This document shows positions 29,386 to 39,049 of a stretch of DNA of 64,000 nucleotides, in pieces. Source of the DNA: Dehalococcoidia bacterium. Its GTDB lineage: Bacteria > Chloroflexota > Dehalococcoidia > UBA2979. Every line of letters starts with the position of its first letter. Positions within the stretch are counted from its first letter, which is position 1. Where the stretch lies: positions 1,440,001 through 1,504,000 of the forward strand of contig OZ244720.1 in NCBI GenBank assembly GCA_965219085.1, written 5' to 3'. The notes beneath the pieces were generated by a model. It had not been told where the DNA came from, made no database searches, and worked only from the letters and a program-made list of their open reading frames with translations. The translations under genes were made by a program, and so were the position numbers.

Positions 29386-30336
29386 GTGCTGCAGCCGGTG
29401 ACCGTCGCCAGGAACCTCGCCGACCTTGTCGGCGGGACCCCGCTGGTCGACATCTCCGTGCTGTCGCCCAGGCCCGAGGTGCAGATCTACGCGAAGCTGG
29501 AGGGGGCGAACCCCACCGGCTCCGTCAAGGACCGCATCGCCCGCTTCATGGTCGACGCCGCCGAGCGCGACGGCCGGCTCGAGCCGGGCCAGACGATCCT
29601 CGAACCGACCTCCGGCAACACCGGCATCGCGCTGGCGCTGCTGGGCAGCGTGCGCGGCTACCCCGTCAAGGTGGTGATGCCGGACGCGGTCACACGCGAG
29701 CGCGTCGAGCTACTCGAGGCGTTTGGGGCTGAGATCATCTACTCGCCCGGCGACCTCGGCACGAACGGCTCGGTGCAGATGGCCGAGCGCGTGGCCGCCG
29801 AGCACCCCGAGTGGTTCATGCCCTACCAGTACGAGAACGAGGAGAACCCGCGCGCCCACTACGAGTCGACGGCGCCGGAGATCATCGCCGACATGCCGGA
29901 CGTGGACCTGTTCGTCGCCGGGCTCGGCACGGGCGGGACGCTCACCGGCGTGGGGCGGCGGCTCAAGGAGCACAACCCGGCGGTACGCATCGTGGCCGCG
30001 GCGCCGCACCCGGGCGACCTGGTGCAGGGGCTGCGTAGCCTCGACGAGGGCTACATCCCGCCGGTGTTCGACGAGTCCGTGCTCGACGGGCGCATCGTCG
30101 TGGACTCGGCGACCTCGTTCAGGCTGACGCGTGAACTGACGGCGAAGGCGGGTGTCTTCGCCGGCGTATCGAGCGGGTCCGTGGTGCGCGCGGCGCAGAT
30201 CGCGGCGCAACGCATGACCTCGGGCAAGATCGTGTGCCTCCTCGCGGATAGCGGGTGGAAGTACCTCTCGTCCGGGCTGTGGACGCACACCTACGAGGAG
30301 ATCGAGGAGGACGTCGCCACCGTGCTGTGGTGGTAG
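29386..30336 (+). CDS. cysM: CysM-type sulfur-carrier-dependent cysteine synthase
   Basis: NPTGSVKDR, YQYENEEN, GLGTGGT, GWKYLSSG, C-terminal LWW tail like mycobacterial CysM. Confidence 0.82.
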   Translation: MLQPVTVARNLADLVGGTPLVDISVLSPRPEVQIYAKLEGANPTGSVKDRIARFMVDAAERDGRLEPGQTILEPTSGNTGIALALLGSVRGYPVKVVMPDAVTRERVELLEAFGAEIIYSPGDLGTNGSVQMAERVAAEHPEWFMPYQYENEENPRAHYESTAPEIIADMPDVDLFVAGLGTGGTLTGVGRRLKEHNPAVRIVAAAPHPGDLVQGLRSLDEGYIPPVFDESVLDGRIVVDSATSFRLTRELTAKAGVFAGVSSGSVVRAAQIAAQRMTSGKIVCLLADSGWKYLSSGLWTHTYEEIEEDVATVLWW

Positions 30337-30997
30337 CCATGCGGTGGGAGCGCTCCTCGCGAGCAAGGTGCTGACAGCGACGTGACGAGTGGGGACTACG
30401 GCCTGGCGGAGCTGCAGGCTCGCTCGGAGGAGTTGTCGTGAGGCCGACCGATCAGACGCACCGCCAGCCGATTCGGGACCGGAGGGAGTGGGAAATGGGA
30501 GCAACACACGTCACTGTGACCATCCGCAACCCGGCGGCGCCTGAGCGTACGTGGGAGGGGCTGTTCCTGGTGGACACCGGCGCCGCCGACTGCCTCGTGC
30601 CGCGTTCCGCGCTCGAAGGCATCGGACTGCAGCCGCGCGACAGCAGGACCTACGAACTCGCCGACGGCAGCGAGTTGCGGCTTGACGTCACGGTCGCGGA
30701 GGTTGAGTTCATGGGCGAGATAGTCGGCGCGACCGTCCTCTTCGGCGACGACGATGCTGAGCCGCTGCTCGGCTTGACAGCCCTGGAGTCCGTCGGTATT
30801 GAGGTCGACCCCCTCAACCAGCGGCTGAAGCGGCTGCCGGCCGTGAGGCTCAAGCGACTGTCTGGGGACCCTCCATCGTGACGACCGCGCCACCCGTCAT
30901 CGCCGGGAGGAGGCTGATCGAAAGTCTTCCTGTCCGGGCTAGTGACGCACACCTACGAGCAGATCGAGGAGGACGTCGCCACCGTGTGTGGTGGTAA
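30270..30997 (+). mobile_element. Insert of about 0.66 kb bounded by ~67-bp direct repeats of the cysM 3' end (att-like relic)
   Basis: 30270-30336 and 30932-30997 are near-identical (GTCCGGGCT..GACGCACACCTACGAG..GACGTCGCCACCGTG..TGGTGGTA). Confidence 0.75.
30495..30881 (+). CDS. Clan AA (retropepsin-like) aspartic protease
   Basis: FLVDTGA, YELADG, EPLLGLTALES. Confidence 0.88.
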   Translation: MGATHVTVTIRNPAAPERTWEGLFLVDTGAADCLVPRSALEGIGLQPRDSRTYELADGSELRLDVTVAEVEFMGEIVGATVLFGDDDAEPLLGLTALESVGIEVDPLNQRLKRLPAVRLKRLSGDPPS

Positions 30998-31065
30998 GTT
31001 TCCTCCCACGAACGAGCAGGCGACCGATGAAACGCCGGCCACGCCGGCAGGGAGGAACGAACGGC

Positions 31066-31890
31066 ATGGCGGACAAGCTGGTCACCACCGACTGGGTCGT
31101 GGAGCATGGCAACGACGACGGCGTACGGCTGGTGGAGGTCGACGTCGACACGGCGGCCTACGGCGAGGGCCACATCGCGGGCGCGGTCGGCTGGAACTGG
31201 ACGACCCAGCTCCAGGACCAGATGCGGCGCGACATCATCGCGAAGGACGACCTCGAGGCGCTGCTCGGCGCGTCGGGCATCGACAACGGCACGCGCATCG
31301 TCCTCTACGGCGACAACAACAACTGGTTCGCGGCCTACGCGCTGTGGGTGCTCGAGCTCTACGGCCACGACAACGCCGCACTCATGGACGGCGGCCGCGT
31401 CAAGTGGCTGGCCGAGGAGCGCGCCACCACGACCGACGACACCTCGGTCGCCGCAGCGAGCTACACGGCGCAGGACCCGAACCCGGCGCTGCGCGCCGAG
31501 CGCGACGAGGTGCTCGCGGCCGTCGGCGGCGAGGGCGCGCAGATGGTCGATGTGCGCAGCCCGGCCGAGTTCACGGGCGAGATCATCGCGCCTCCGGGGC
31601 TCCCGGAGACGGCGCAACGCGCCGGCCACATCCCCGGCGCGATCAACGTGCCGTGGGCGCGCGCCGTGAACGAGGACGGCACGTTCCGCCCCGTCGATGA
31701 GCTGCGCGACCTCTACGGCGGCGCGGGCGTCGACGAAGGTACGCCGACCATCGCGTACTGCCGCATCGGCGAGCGCTCCTCGCACACGTGGTTCGTGCTG
31801 CGGCACCTGCTCGGCATCGACGACGTCAAGAACTACGACGGCTCGTGGACGGAGTACGGCTCGCTGATCAACGTCCCGGTCGCGCGCTAG
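31066..31890 (+). CDS. Tandem-domain rhodanese/thiosulfate sulfurtransferase
   Basis: GHIAGA, DVRSPAEF, GHIPGA, YCRIGERS, YDGSWTEY. Confidence 0.93.
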   Translation: MADKLVTTDWVVEHGNDDGVRLVEVDVDTAAYGEGHIAGAVGWNWTTQLQDQMRRDIIAKDDLEALLGASGIDNGTRIVLYGDNNNWFAAYALWVLELYGHDNAALMDGGRVKWLAEERATTTDDTSVAAASYTAQDPNPALRAERDEVLAAVGGEGAQMVDVRSPAEFTGEIIAPPGLPETAQRAGHIPGAINVPWARAVNEDGTFRPVDELRDLYGGAGVDEGTPTIAYCRIGERSSHTWFVLRHLLGIDDVKNYDGSWTEYGSLINVPVAR

Positions 31891-31892
31891 CG

Positions 31893-32330
31893 ATGTCGGC
31901 GTCTCCGGGCGGGCCCGGCTCTTCCGGGACGCGGGGATACCCCGCAGGGGAGCCCTCGGAGGCCACTGCCACCCGGCGGCTCTTGCTCGCCCGAGCACTG
32001 TCGGGGCGTGTGGGGACCGAGTTGTACCCCGTGCGCTTTCGCGCCGCGGTCATCGACCGCTATCGAGCGCGGCCGGACGTGCAGGTGATCCGCACCCGCA
32101 ACGTCGGCCGGGTCTCGCTGCCGCGCCAGTGGTCGCTCGACGTGGGCATCGACGACGATGCCGGTGAGGTGAGCGTGCCGCTGCGCGACCTCGCGGGGCG
32201 GCTGCCGGAAGCCGAGCGCGACCACTGGCTCGACCACCTGGTGGACGAGCCGGGCAGCGCGGTGTTCCTGCGCATGCAGTTCGCCGGCGCCGCGTGCATC
32301 GACGACGGCGAGCCGGAGGCCTGGGAGTAG
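31893..32330 (+). CDS. Hypothetical protein in the sulfur-relay cluster
   Basis: Sits tightly between rhodanese and JAB genes; C-terminal ACIDDG; palindrome copy in the N-terminus. Confidence 0.7.
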   Translation: MSASPGGPGSSGTRGYPAGEPSEATATRRLLLARALSGRVGTELYPVRFRAAVIDRYRARPDVQVIRTRNVGRVSLPRQWSLDVGIDDDAGEVSVPLRDLAGRLPEAERDHWLDHLVDEPGSAVFLRMQFAGAACIDDGEPEAWE

Positions 32331-32335
32331 ACCGG

Positions 32336-32788
32336 ATGGCCGCAGACGAGTCAGCGACCGTGCGCATCCCTCGCTCGCTCGTCGACGAGATGATCGCGCA
32401 CGCCCGCGAGGACCTGCCGAACGAGGCGTGTGGCATCGTCCACGCGAAGGACGGCACGCCCGTCTCCGCGCACCGCGTGACCAACGTTGCGGCCAGCCCG
32501 TACCGCTTCGAGATGCACGGCGTGGAGCAGATGCGGCTGGAGCAGGCGCGCGACGATGCGGGCGAGACGCTGTTCGCGATCTACCACTCGCACGTCGCCT
32601 CGCGCGCGTACCCCTCGCAGACCGACGTGCGCATGGCGTTCTTCCCGCCGGGCGAGGTGGAGCAGGAGCCAACGTATCCGGAGGCGCTCTACGTGCTGAT
32701 CTCCCTCGCCGAAGACCCGCCGCCCGTGCACGCGTATCACATCCGCCGGGGCGGCGTGATCGAGGAGCAGCCGATCGAGATCGTGTAG
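32336..32788 (+). CDS. JAB/MPN+ metallopeptidase (Mec-like)
   Basis: PNEACG, YHSH-x5-YPSQTD. Confidence 0.92.
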   Translation: MAADESATVRIPRSLVDEMIAHAREDLPNEACGIVHAKDGTPVSAHRVTNVAASPYRFEMHGVEQMRLEQARDDAGETLFAIYHSHVASRAYPSQTDVRMAFFPPGEVEQEPTYPEALYVLISLAEDPPPVHAYHIRRGGVIEEQPIEIV

Positions 32789-32852
32789 CGCGCGACACGG
32801 TCATGCGACGCTGGCGCGGGCCGCCCGCCCCGCCTCGCCCGAGGATGAAGCG

Positions 32853-33719
32853 ATGCTCGCAGCCGTGCCCCCCATCGAGATCGGCGGACGCAGCTTCGTG
32901 TGGGGCCTCCGCACGTACGTGATGGGCATCGTCAACGTCACGCCTGACTCCTTCTCCGGCGACGGCGTCCTCGACCCCGCCCTCGCCGCCGAGCAGGCCG
33001 CCCGCATGGTCGCCGCGGGCGCCGACCTCATCGACGTCGGCGCGGAGTCGACGCGGCCCGGCCACGCACCGCTGAGCGTCGCCGACGAGTGGACCCGCCT
33101 CGGAGCGCCGCTGCGCGCGATCCGCGCGGTGATCGACGCGCCGATCACGGTCGACACCTCGAAGACCGGGGTCGCCGAGCGCGCGTTCGACGTCGGCGCC
33201 GACGCGCTCAACGACGTGCGCGGGCTGCTGGGCGATGCGGCGCTCGCGCCGCTGCTGGCGCGGCGCGGGCTGCCCGCCGTGGTCATGCACAACCAGCGCG
33301 ACCGCACCTTCGGCGGCGACGTGATCGACGACATCCGCGGCGGGCTGCGCGAGAGCATCGAGGCCGCCGAACGGGCGGGCGTCGAGCCGCGACGGCTCAT
33401 CCTCGATCCCGGCTTCGGGTTTGGGTGGGAGCCAGCGCAGAACCTCGAGATGGTGCGGCGGCTCGGCGAGCTGCGCGACATGGGCAGGGCGTTGCTCGTC
33501 GGCGTCTCACGCAAGTCGACGCTGGGGCTCGTGCTCGACAAGCACCCTGCGGGGTATCCCCGCGCTGAAGGGGGCCACGAGCGGGTGTGGGGCACGGCCG
33601 CAGCGGTCGCCCTGGCGGTGCAGGGCGGCGCCGACATCGTGCGCGTCCACGACGTGGCCGAGATGGCCGACGTGGTGCGCGTCGCCGACGCTGTCACGCG
33701 GCCCGGAGCCGGCCCGTGA
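32853..33719 (+). CDS. folP: Dihydropteroate synthase
   Basis: [38 protein letters not shown]. Confidence 0.96.
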   Translation: MLAAVPPIEIGGRSFVWGLRTYVMGIVNVTPDSFSGDGVLDPALAAEQAARMVAAGADLIDVGAESTRPGHAPLSVADEWTRLGAPLRAIRAVIDAPITVDTSKTGVAERAFDVGADALNDVRGLLGDAALAPLLARRGLPAVVMHNQRDRTFGGDVIDDIRGGLRESIEAAERAGVEPRRLILDPGFGFGWEPAQNLEMVRRLGELRDMGRALLVGVSRKSTLGLVLDKHPAGYPRAEGGHERVWGTAAAVALAVQGGADIVRVHDVAEMADVVRVADAVTRPGAGP

Positions 33720-34267
33720 CCAGCGAGGCGCCCCGATCCGCCGAGGCGATCGCGTACCTCGGGCTCGGCAGCAACCTCGGCGACCGCGTCGCGAACCTCG
33801 CGTCCGCCCTCGACGCGCTCGAACGCGCGGGGCTGGCCGTCGAGGCGGTGTCGTCGCTCTACGACACGCCACCGTGGGGCGAGCCGCCGCCGGGCCTCGC
33901 CGAGCCGCCGCGCTACGCCAACGCCGCCGCGTGCGTGCGCGGCGACCTCGCGCCGCTCGACCTCCTGCGGCTGTGCAAGCGCATCGAGGTGGACGCAGGG
34001 CGCGACCTGCACGCCGCGCGCAACGCCCCCCGCGTGCTCGACCTCGACGTGCTGCTCGTCGGCGACCTCGAGTTGGCGACGCACGAGCTCGAAGTGCCGC
34101 ACCCGCGCATGCACCTGCGCGCGTTCGTGCTGGCGCCGCTCGCCGAGATCGCGCCGGACGCGCGACACCCGCGGCTCGGCCGCACCGTGCGGGAGCTACT
34201 CGGAGACGTCGACGCCTCCGAGGTCGCTGAGGTCGAGCTGCTGCTGGGGCGCGGGTGGTGGCGGTGA
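33716..34267 (+). CDS. folK: Hydroxymethyldihydropterin pyrophosphokinase
   Basis: [31 protein letters not shown]. Confidence 0.95.
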   Translation: MTSEAPRSAEAIAYLGLGSNLGDRVANLASALDALERAGLAVEAVSSLYDTPPWGEPPPGLAEPPRYANAAACVRGDLAPLDLLRLCKRIEVDAGRDLHAARNAPRVLDLDVLLVGDLELATHELEVPHPRMHLRAFVLAPLAEIAPDARHPRLGRTVRELLGDVDASEVAEVELLLGRGWWR

Positions 34268-34291
34268 GGGCCCAGCGCTGAGGGTCGGCGC

Positions 34292-34534
34292 TCAGTCGCC
34301 AGCGGCGCGGCGGCGAGGGATCGTAGGCTCCTCGTCGTCTTCCCAGCGCGCGTACGCCATCGTGTAGCCGACCCAGAACGCGACCGCGGACAGCGCGGCG
34401 ACGGCGAAGCCGACCGGCAGCGCGATCGCTAGGTACGACCGGCGCACGAGGCCGGTCACGAACACCAGCAGCTGCACCGCCGCGCCCCCCATCAGCACGC
34501 GCCCGAGGAGCCGCGAGCGCTCTTCGTTGGTCAC
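34292..34534 (-). CDS. Small two-TM hypothetical membrane protein
   Basis: GTGA coupling to the upstream gene; two hydrophobic helices. Confidence 0.65.
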   Translation of the reverse strand: MTNEERSRLLGRVLMGGAAVQLLVFVTGLVRRSYLAIALPVGFAVAALSAVAFWVGYTMAYARWEDDEEPTIPRRRAAGD

Positions 34535-34770
34535 GGGTGCAACTCCTCGGCCTGGCCGCGCGTGGCGGTGAGCGTCTCGTTGAGGTCGGGCGGGAGCAGG
34601 TTGGGGATGCCGTCGTCGATGCGGTACGTGTGATCGCAGGCGGCGCAGCCGAGCGTGCCGACCAGGATCTCCTCGCGGCCGTCGTCGAGCGCCTCGGTCT
34701 GCTCGATGCCGAGCGTGAGCGTGCCCTTGCAGACGGGGCAGACGAGGATGTCCATCAGGTCGGCGCGCAT
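34531..34770 (-). CDS. Trm112-like protein
   Basis: LMDILVCPVCKG..CAAC..YRIDDGIPNLL. Confidence 0.85.
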   Translation of the reverse strand: MRADLMDILVCPVCKGTLTLGIEQTEALDDGREEILVGTLGCAACDHTYRIDDGIPNLLPPDLNETLTATRGQAEELHP

Positions 34771-34847
34771 CGGGCCTCCGCGGGTGTCCGGGAGACCAGC
34801 ATACGGACGCCGCGACGGAGGCGGCAAACCGGCGACCAGGTTGAGCG

Positions 34848-35135
34848 TCAGTCCACCACGAGAGCGTCGATGGTCGTTCCGAGCGCATCGGCGACACGGG
34901 TCATGGCTGCGACGGAACCGGGCTTGCGTCCGCGCTCGATCTCGGACAGGTAGCCGAGGGAGCTCGCGGCGCCCTTGGACAGATCGCGCAGGGTGAGCCC
35001 GCGGTGGTTGCGGAAGGCGCGGACGGGGCTTGTGCCGTTGATGATGGCGAGGGCTACCTCGTGCGGAACCCGTGCAGCGTCCGCGGCCTCCGCCGCAGCC
35101 AGCCTGTCTTCGAGATCATGGGTTCGCTCGGTCAA
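34848..35135 (-). CDS. XRE HTH protein (orphan antitoxin-like)
   Basis: SPVRAFRNHRGLTLRDLS..YLSEIERGRKPGS. Confidence 0.8.
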   Translation of the reverse strand: MTERTHDLEDRLAAAEAADAARVPHEVALAIINGTSPVRAFRNHRGLTLRDLSKGAASSLGYLSEIERGRKPGSVAAMTRVADALGTTIDALVVD

Positions 35136-35238
35136 CTCTGTACGCCTCCCTCAGATCAGCGTAAACGCCGCCGCCGCTGGCCGGGGGACGCCCACGCGGT
35201 AGACTCGGGGCCGCGCGAGGATGTGCCGGGGGGCGGGC

Positions 35239-35931
35239 GTGGCGGAAGTCGAACGGATCGCCCTGCGGCGCGCAGTAGCCGCCATCACCGACGACACGAT
35301 CGTGGTGCGGCCGTCGCGCGCGCAGCTGCTCGGACCGGTCATCCAGCTGGCGCTCACCGCGCTCGCGGTAGCGGTGATCGTGCTCTTCCTCGACAGCCTG
35401 CCGTTTGCGGTGGTGGTCGTGCTGACGGTGATTGCCGTGTTCCTCGGGCCGGTCGCGACGCTGGGGTTCGTGTTCGCCGTGATCGGCAGCAGCATGGTCG
35501 TCGACCGGCGCAAGCAGTCGGCGCACTGGCAGCAGGGCTTCCTCGGGCTCGGCATCGGCACCACCACATCGATCCCGTTCGACCGCATCGACCACATCGC
35601 CGTGACGGGCGACTACGACGAGGAAGACGTGGGTGGGCAGGGCCACGACTTCGTGACGTGGGAAGTCGAGATCGTGCGCGACGACGGCCGTCGCAGTGCG
35701 GTGGGCTCGGTGATCGCCGCGCGCTCGCTCGCGGACGTGAGCCTCGACCGCGCCAACCGGGTCGCCGAGGCCGTGGGCGCGATGGCCCAGGCCGAGGCGC
35801 GCCTCGGCCTGCTGCCCGACGAAGAGCCTCTCGAGGAGGCGGAGGGGGCGGAGGAGGGGGCGCCAACGCCGCGACGGCGTCGCCGCGTGGAGCGCGCGAC
35901 GCTGCCGCCACCGGAAGGGGGATCGCCATGA
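35239..35931 (+). CDS. Hypothetical membrane protein
   Basis: Two TM helices followed by a beta-rich soluble domain; ATGA coupling to the next gene. Confidence 0.7.
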   Translation: MAEVERIALRRAVAAITDDTIVVRPSRAQLLGPVIQLALTALAVAVIVLFLDSLPFAVVVVLTVIAVFLGPVATLGFVFAVIGSSMVVDRRKQSAHWQQGFLGLGIGTTTSIPFDRIDHIAVTGDYDEEDVGGQGHDFVTWEVEIVRDDGRRSAVGSVIAARSLADVSLDRANRVAEAVGAMAQAEARLGLLPDEEPLEEAEGAEEGAPTPRRRRRVERATLPPPEGGSP

Positions 35932-36344
35932 TCGTGGACGGTGAGCAGGCGTGGGAGGTGCTGCGCGACCACCGCAGCATCGCGATCGTGGCGCGCTCGA
36001 AGCGCACCAACCGGCCCTGGCACGACGTGGCCGGCTACCTCATCGAGCAGGGCTACGACGTGCAGATCGTGAACACGCTGCTCGATGAGGCGCACGGGCA
36101 GCCCTGCTACAACTCGCTCGCCGAGTTGCCGCGCCCGTTCGAGATCGTCGACGTGTTCCGCCGCGTCCCGGAGGTCCCGGCCGTCGTCGACGAGGCGATC
36201 GCCTCGGGCGCGCCGATCCTGTGGCTACAACTCAAGATCGTGCACGAGGAGGCGATCGCGAAGGCCTCGGAGGCCGGCATGCAGGTCGTCTTCGACCGCT
36301 GCACGGCGATCGAGCACCGCAAGCTGGCCGGGCTCACATCCTGA
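35928..36344 (+). CDS. CoA-binding protein (YccU-like)
   Basis: SIAIV, YLIEQGY, IVDVFRR, LWLQ, DRCTAIEH. Confidence 0.85.
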   Translation: MIVDGEQAWEVLRDHRSIAIVARSKRTNRPWHDVAGYLIEQGYDVQIVNTLLDEAHGQPCYNSLAELPRPFEIVDVFRRVPEVPAVVDEAIASGAPILWLQLKIVHEEAIAKASEAGMQVVFDRCTAIEHRKLAGLTS

Positions 36345-37504
36345 CCATCCCGGCGGGGCGCCGCCGCGCTGCCCTGCTGGCGGCCCTGCTCGCGGCGACG
36401 CTCGCCCTCGCCTGCACCTCGGAGGACGCACCACCGCGCGCCACGGGCTTCTACGCCGAAGTCACCGTCGAGGTCGACCCTTCGCCCGACGACCGGCTTG
36501 CTCGCCTCGGGTTGGCCGAGGAGCGCAGCTTCTTTCGCTGGTGGTACGCCCCCGACCCGGCAGGTTGGCGATGGGAACTCGAGACCGTCGGCACTATCAT
36601 CGACGACGGGGTGCTCCTGGGGGTCGCCAACGGCAACGACTCCTGGGCGTACGACGACCGCTCGAACACCTACCAGCGTGGCGTGTTCGACGGGATTCCG
36701 GCCGCGATGGCGTTTTCCCCGTCCTTCAGCGCACCGGTCGGCCCCGCCAACGTCGAGAGCATCGACGAGTTCATCGAGCAGTGGCGCGAGCGAGGCGGCG
36801 ACTTCGAAGTCGACATCGCCGGTGAGGCCACGGTGCTCGGCCGCCGCACGCAGATCGTCGAGCTCCGCCACCCTGCCGGGGGCCTCACCCGCGTCTTCAT
36901 CGACCCTGAGCGCATGTTTATCATGCGCTGGGCCGTCGACGGCGCAGGCGGCGGCCAGTCCTACCGCGTCGAGATCGCCGTGCTCGACTACGACACCGAC
37001 ATCGACGCCACCCGATTCACCTTCGAGCCGCCGCCCGGCACCCGCGAAATCGAGGCCCAGGGCGCCCAGTCGTGTAGTAGCTCCGTGGGCCCGGTCGGTC
37101 TCGGTGGCGAGGCGGCTTTCCCCGCCACTCCCGGCTACCTCAGGCCCTCGTACGCACCACCGGGCTACCAATCTGCCTCTGCCGGCGGCGAGGACAGCTC
37201 CACCGGGTGCGGCCGGGTCGCCGTCTGGGCCCTGCTCGAAGGCTCCGAGGGCGGCTACATCCTCCTCCGCCAGCGCTTCCGCCCGGGCGGCATCCCGCAG
37301 TCGGCCCGCGTGTGGCAAGCGGTCGATTCCGACCTCGCCGATGCCTACCGTCACACCGCGAACGGCGTCGTCAGCCTCCTCTGGCGCGAGGGCGATATCG
37401 TCGCCCTCCTCGACACGAACTCGGTCTCGTTCGAGGAACTCGTGCGCATCGCGGAATCGGCCGAGCTCGTGCCGTCGTCCGAGCAGCTGGCCGGTGGCGG
37501 GTGA
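36341..37504 (+). CDS. Lipoprotein with LolA/RseB-like fold; start codon uncertain (CTG 36341)
   Basis: RRR plus hydrophobic stretch plus LALAC lipobox; VLGRRT, VFIDPE, FTFEPPPG. Confidence 0.65.
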   Translation: MTIPAGRRRAALLAALLAATLALACTSEDAPPRATGFYAEVTVEVDPSPDDRLARLGLAEERSFFRWWYAPDPAGWRWELETVGTIIDDGVLLGVANGNDSWAYDDRSNTYQRGVFDGIPAAMAFSPSFSAPVGPANVESIDEFIEQWRERGGDFEVDIAGEATVLGRRTQIVELRHPAGGLTRVFIDPERMFIMRWAVDGAGGGQSYRVEIAVLDYDTDIDATRFTFEPPPGTREIEAQGAQSCSSSVGPVGLGGEAAFPATPGYLRPSYAPPGYQSASAGGEDSSTGCGRVAVWALLEGSEGGYILLRQRFRPGGIPQSARVWQAVDSDLADAYRHTANGVVSLLWREGDIVALLDTNSVSFEELVRIAESAELVPSSEQLAGGG

Positions 37505-37561
37505 CCATGAGGGCGCCGTGATAGGATGACGGCCTAACGGGACCATTGGGGAGGGGCGCCC

Positions 37562-39049
37562 TTGATCCCGAGCCTGCACGAGAAGTGCGGCGTACTGGGT
37601 GTCTTCGCACCAGGCGAGGACGTGGCTCGCCTCACCTTCTTTGGGCTCCACTCCCTCCAGCATCGCGGGCAGGAATCGGCGGGCATCGCCACGGCCGACG
37701 CGAGGCTGCCCGAGTCCGACGTCCACCGCTTCGCCCGCATGGGCCTGGTCACGCAGATTTTCGACGAGCAGGCGCTGCACGACCTTGGCGGCGGCACCCA
37801 CGCCATCGGCCACACGCGCTACTCGACCACCGGCGGCAGCCACGAGATCAACATGCAGCCGCTGGTCGTGAGCGGCCCGCACGGCGAGCTGGCGCTGGCC
37901 CACAACGGCAACATCGTCAACGCGGACCTGCTGCGTACCAACCTCCAGGAGCAGGGCATCGCGTTCTCCACCGGGACCGACTCCGAGGTGCTCGCGGCGC
38001 TGATCGCCAACGCGCCCGGTGACTCCTGGCGCGACCGCTTCCACTACGCGATGCGCCGCGCCAATGGGGCCTACTCGCTCACGCTGCTCACGCACGACGC
38101 GATGTTCGGCATGCGCGACCCGCTTGGCATCCGCCCGCTCTGCCTTGGGCGCCTCGAGGGCGGCCGCGGCTGGGTGCTCGCCTCGGAGACGTGCGCGCTC
38201 GACACCCTCGGCGCGACGCTCGTGCGCGAGCTCGAACCGGGCGAGGTCGTCCGCATCGACGAGGCCGGACCGCAGTGGTGGTCGGTGGGCGAGGGGCTCA
38301 ACGGCGACCGTGAGTCGGCAATGTGCATGCTCGAGCACATCTACTTCGCCCGCCCCGACTCGAGGTTGCAGGGCGAGCTGCTGTACCCCGTGAGGATGCG
38401 CATGGGCGCGCAGCTCGCGCGCGAGTACCCGGTCGAGGCCGACATCGTGATCGGCATCCCGGACTCGGCGACCAGCGCCGCCGTCGGCTACGCGCGCGAG
38501 TCCGGCATCCCGTACACCGAGGGCCTCGTCAAGAACCGCTACGTCGGCCGCACGTTCATCCAGCCCGACCAGCGTCTGCGCGAGCGCGGCGTCGCGCTCA
38601 AGTTCAACCCGCTGCCCGAACTGCTCGAGGGCCGCCGCGTGATCGTCGTCGACGACACGATCGTGCGCGGCACGACGACGCCGCGGGTGGTGGCGATGCT
38701 GCGCAAGGGCGGCGCGAGCGAGGTGCACATGCGCATCACCTCGCCGCCGATCACGCACCCCTGCTTCTACGGCGTGGATATGGCGTCGCGCGGCGAGCTG
38801 ATCGCCGCGCACCTCGAGGTCGAGGAGATCCGCGAGCACATCGGCGCCGACTCGCTCGGCTACCTCTCGCTGGAGGGGACGGTGCTGGCGACCGGGCAGA
38901 CCGAGGACCGGCTGTGCACGGCGTGCTTCAGCGGCCAGTACCCGAGCGAGGTCCCGCTCCAGCTCGACAAGCTCGCCCTTGAGAGCGACGGCTCGCGCGA
39001 CCGCCACGCGATCCCACTGCAGAATGCGCCGCTGCGCGTCGCGCACTGA
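37562..39049 (+). CDS. purF: Amidophosphoribosyltransferase
   Basis: EKCGV, QHRGQESAG, GHTRYST, HNGN, VDDTIVRGTT. Confidence 0.96.
   Translation: MIPSLHEKCGVLGVFAPGEDVARLTFFGLHSLQHRGQESAGIATADARLPESDVHRFARMGLVTQIFDEQALHDLGGGTHAIGHTRYSTTGGSHEINMQPLVVSGPHGELALAHNGNIVNADLLRTNLQEQGIAFSTGTDSEVLAALIANAPGDSWRDRFHYAMRRANGAYSLTLLTHDAMFGMRDPLGIRPLCLGRLEGGRGWVLASETCALDTLGATLVRELEPGEVVRIDEAGPQWWSVGEGLNGDRESAMCMLEHIYFARPDSRLQGELLYPVRMRMGAQLAREYPVEADIVIGIPDSATSAAVGYARESGIPYTEGLVKNRYVGRTFIQPDQRLRERGVALKFNPLPELLEGRRVIVVDDTIVRGTTTPRVVAMLRKGGASEVHMRITSPPITHPCFYGVDMASRGELIAAHLEVEEIREHIGADSLGYLSLEGTVLATGQTEDRLCTACFSGQYPSEVPLQLDKLALESDGSRDRHAIPLQNAPLRVAH

Noticed and set aside
36107-39046. Long Arg/Ala-rich antisense or alternate-frame ORFs (e.g. 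979 aa here, also 1-2124, 9237-11582, 18064-20508)
   Set aside because: Shadow ORFs typical of high-GC DNA that overlap well-supported genes
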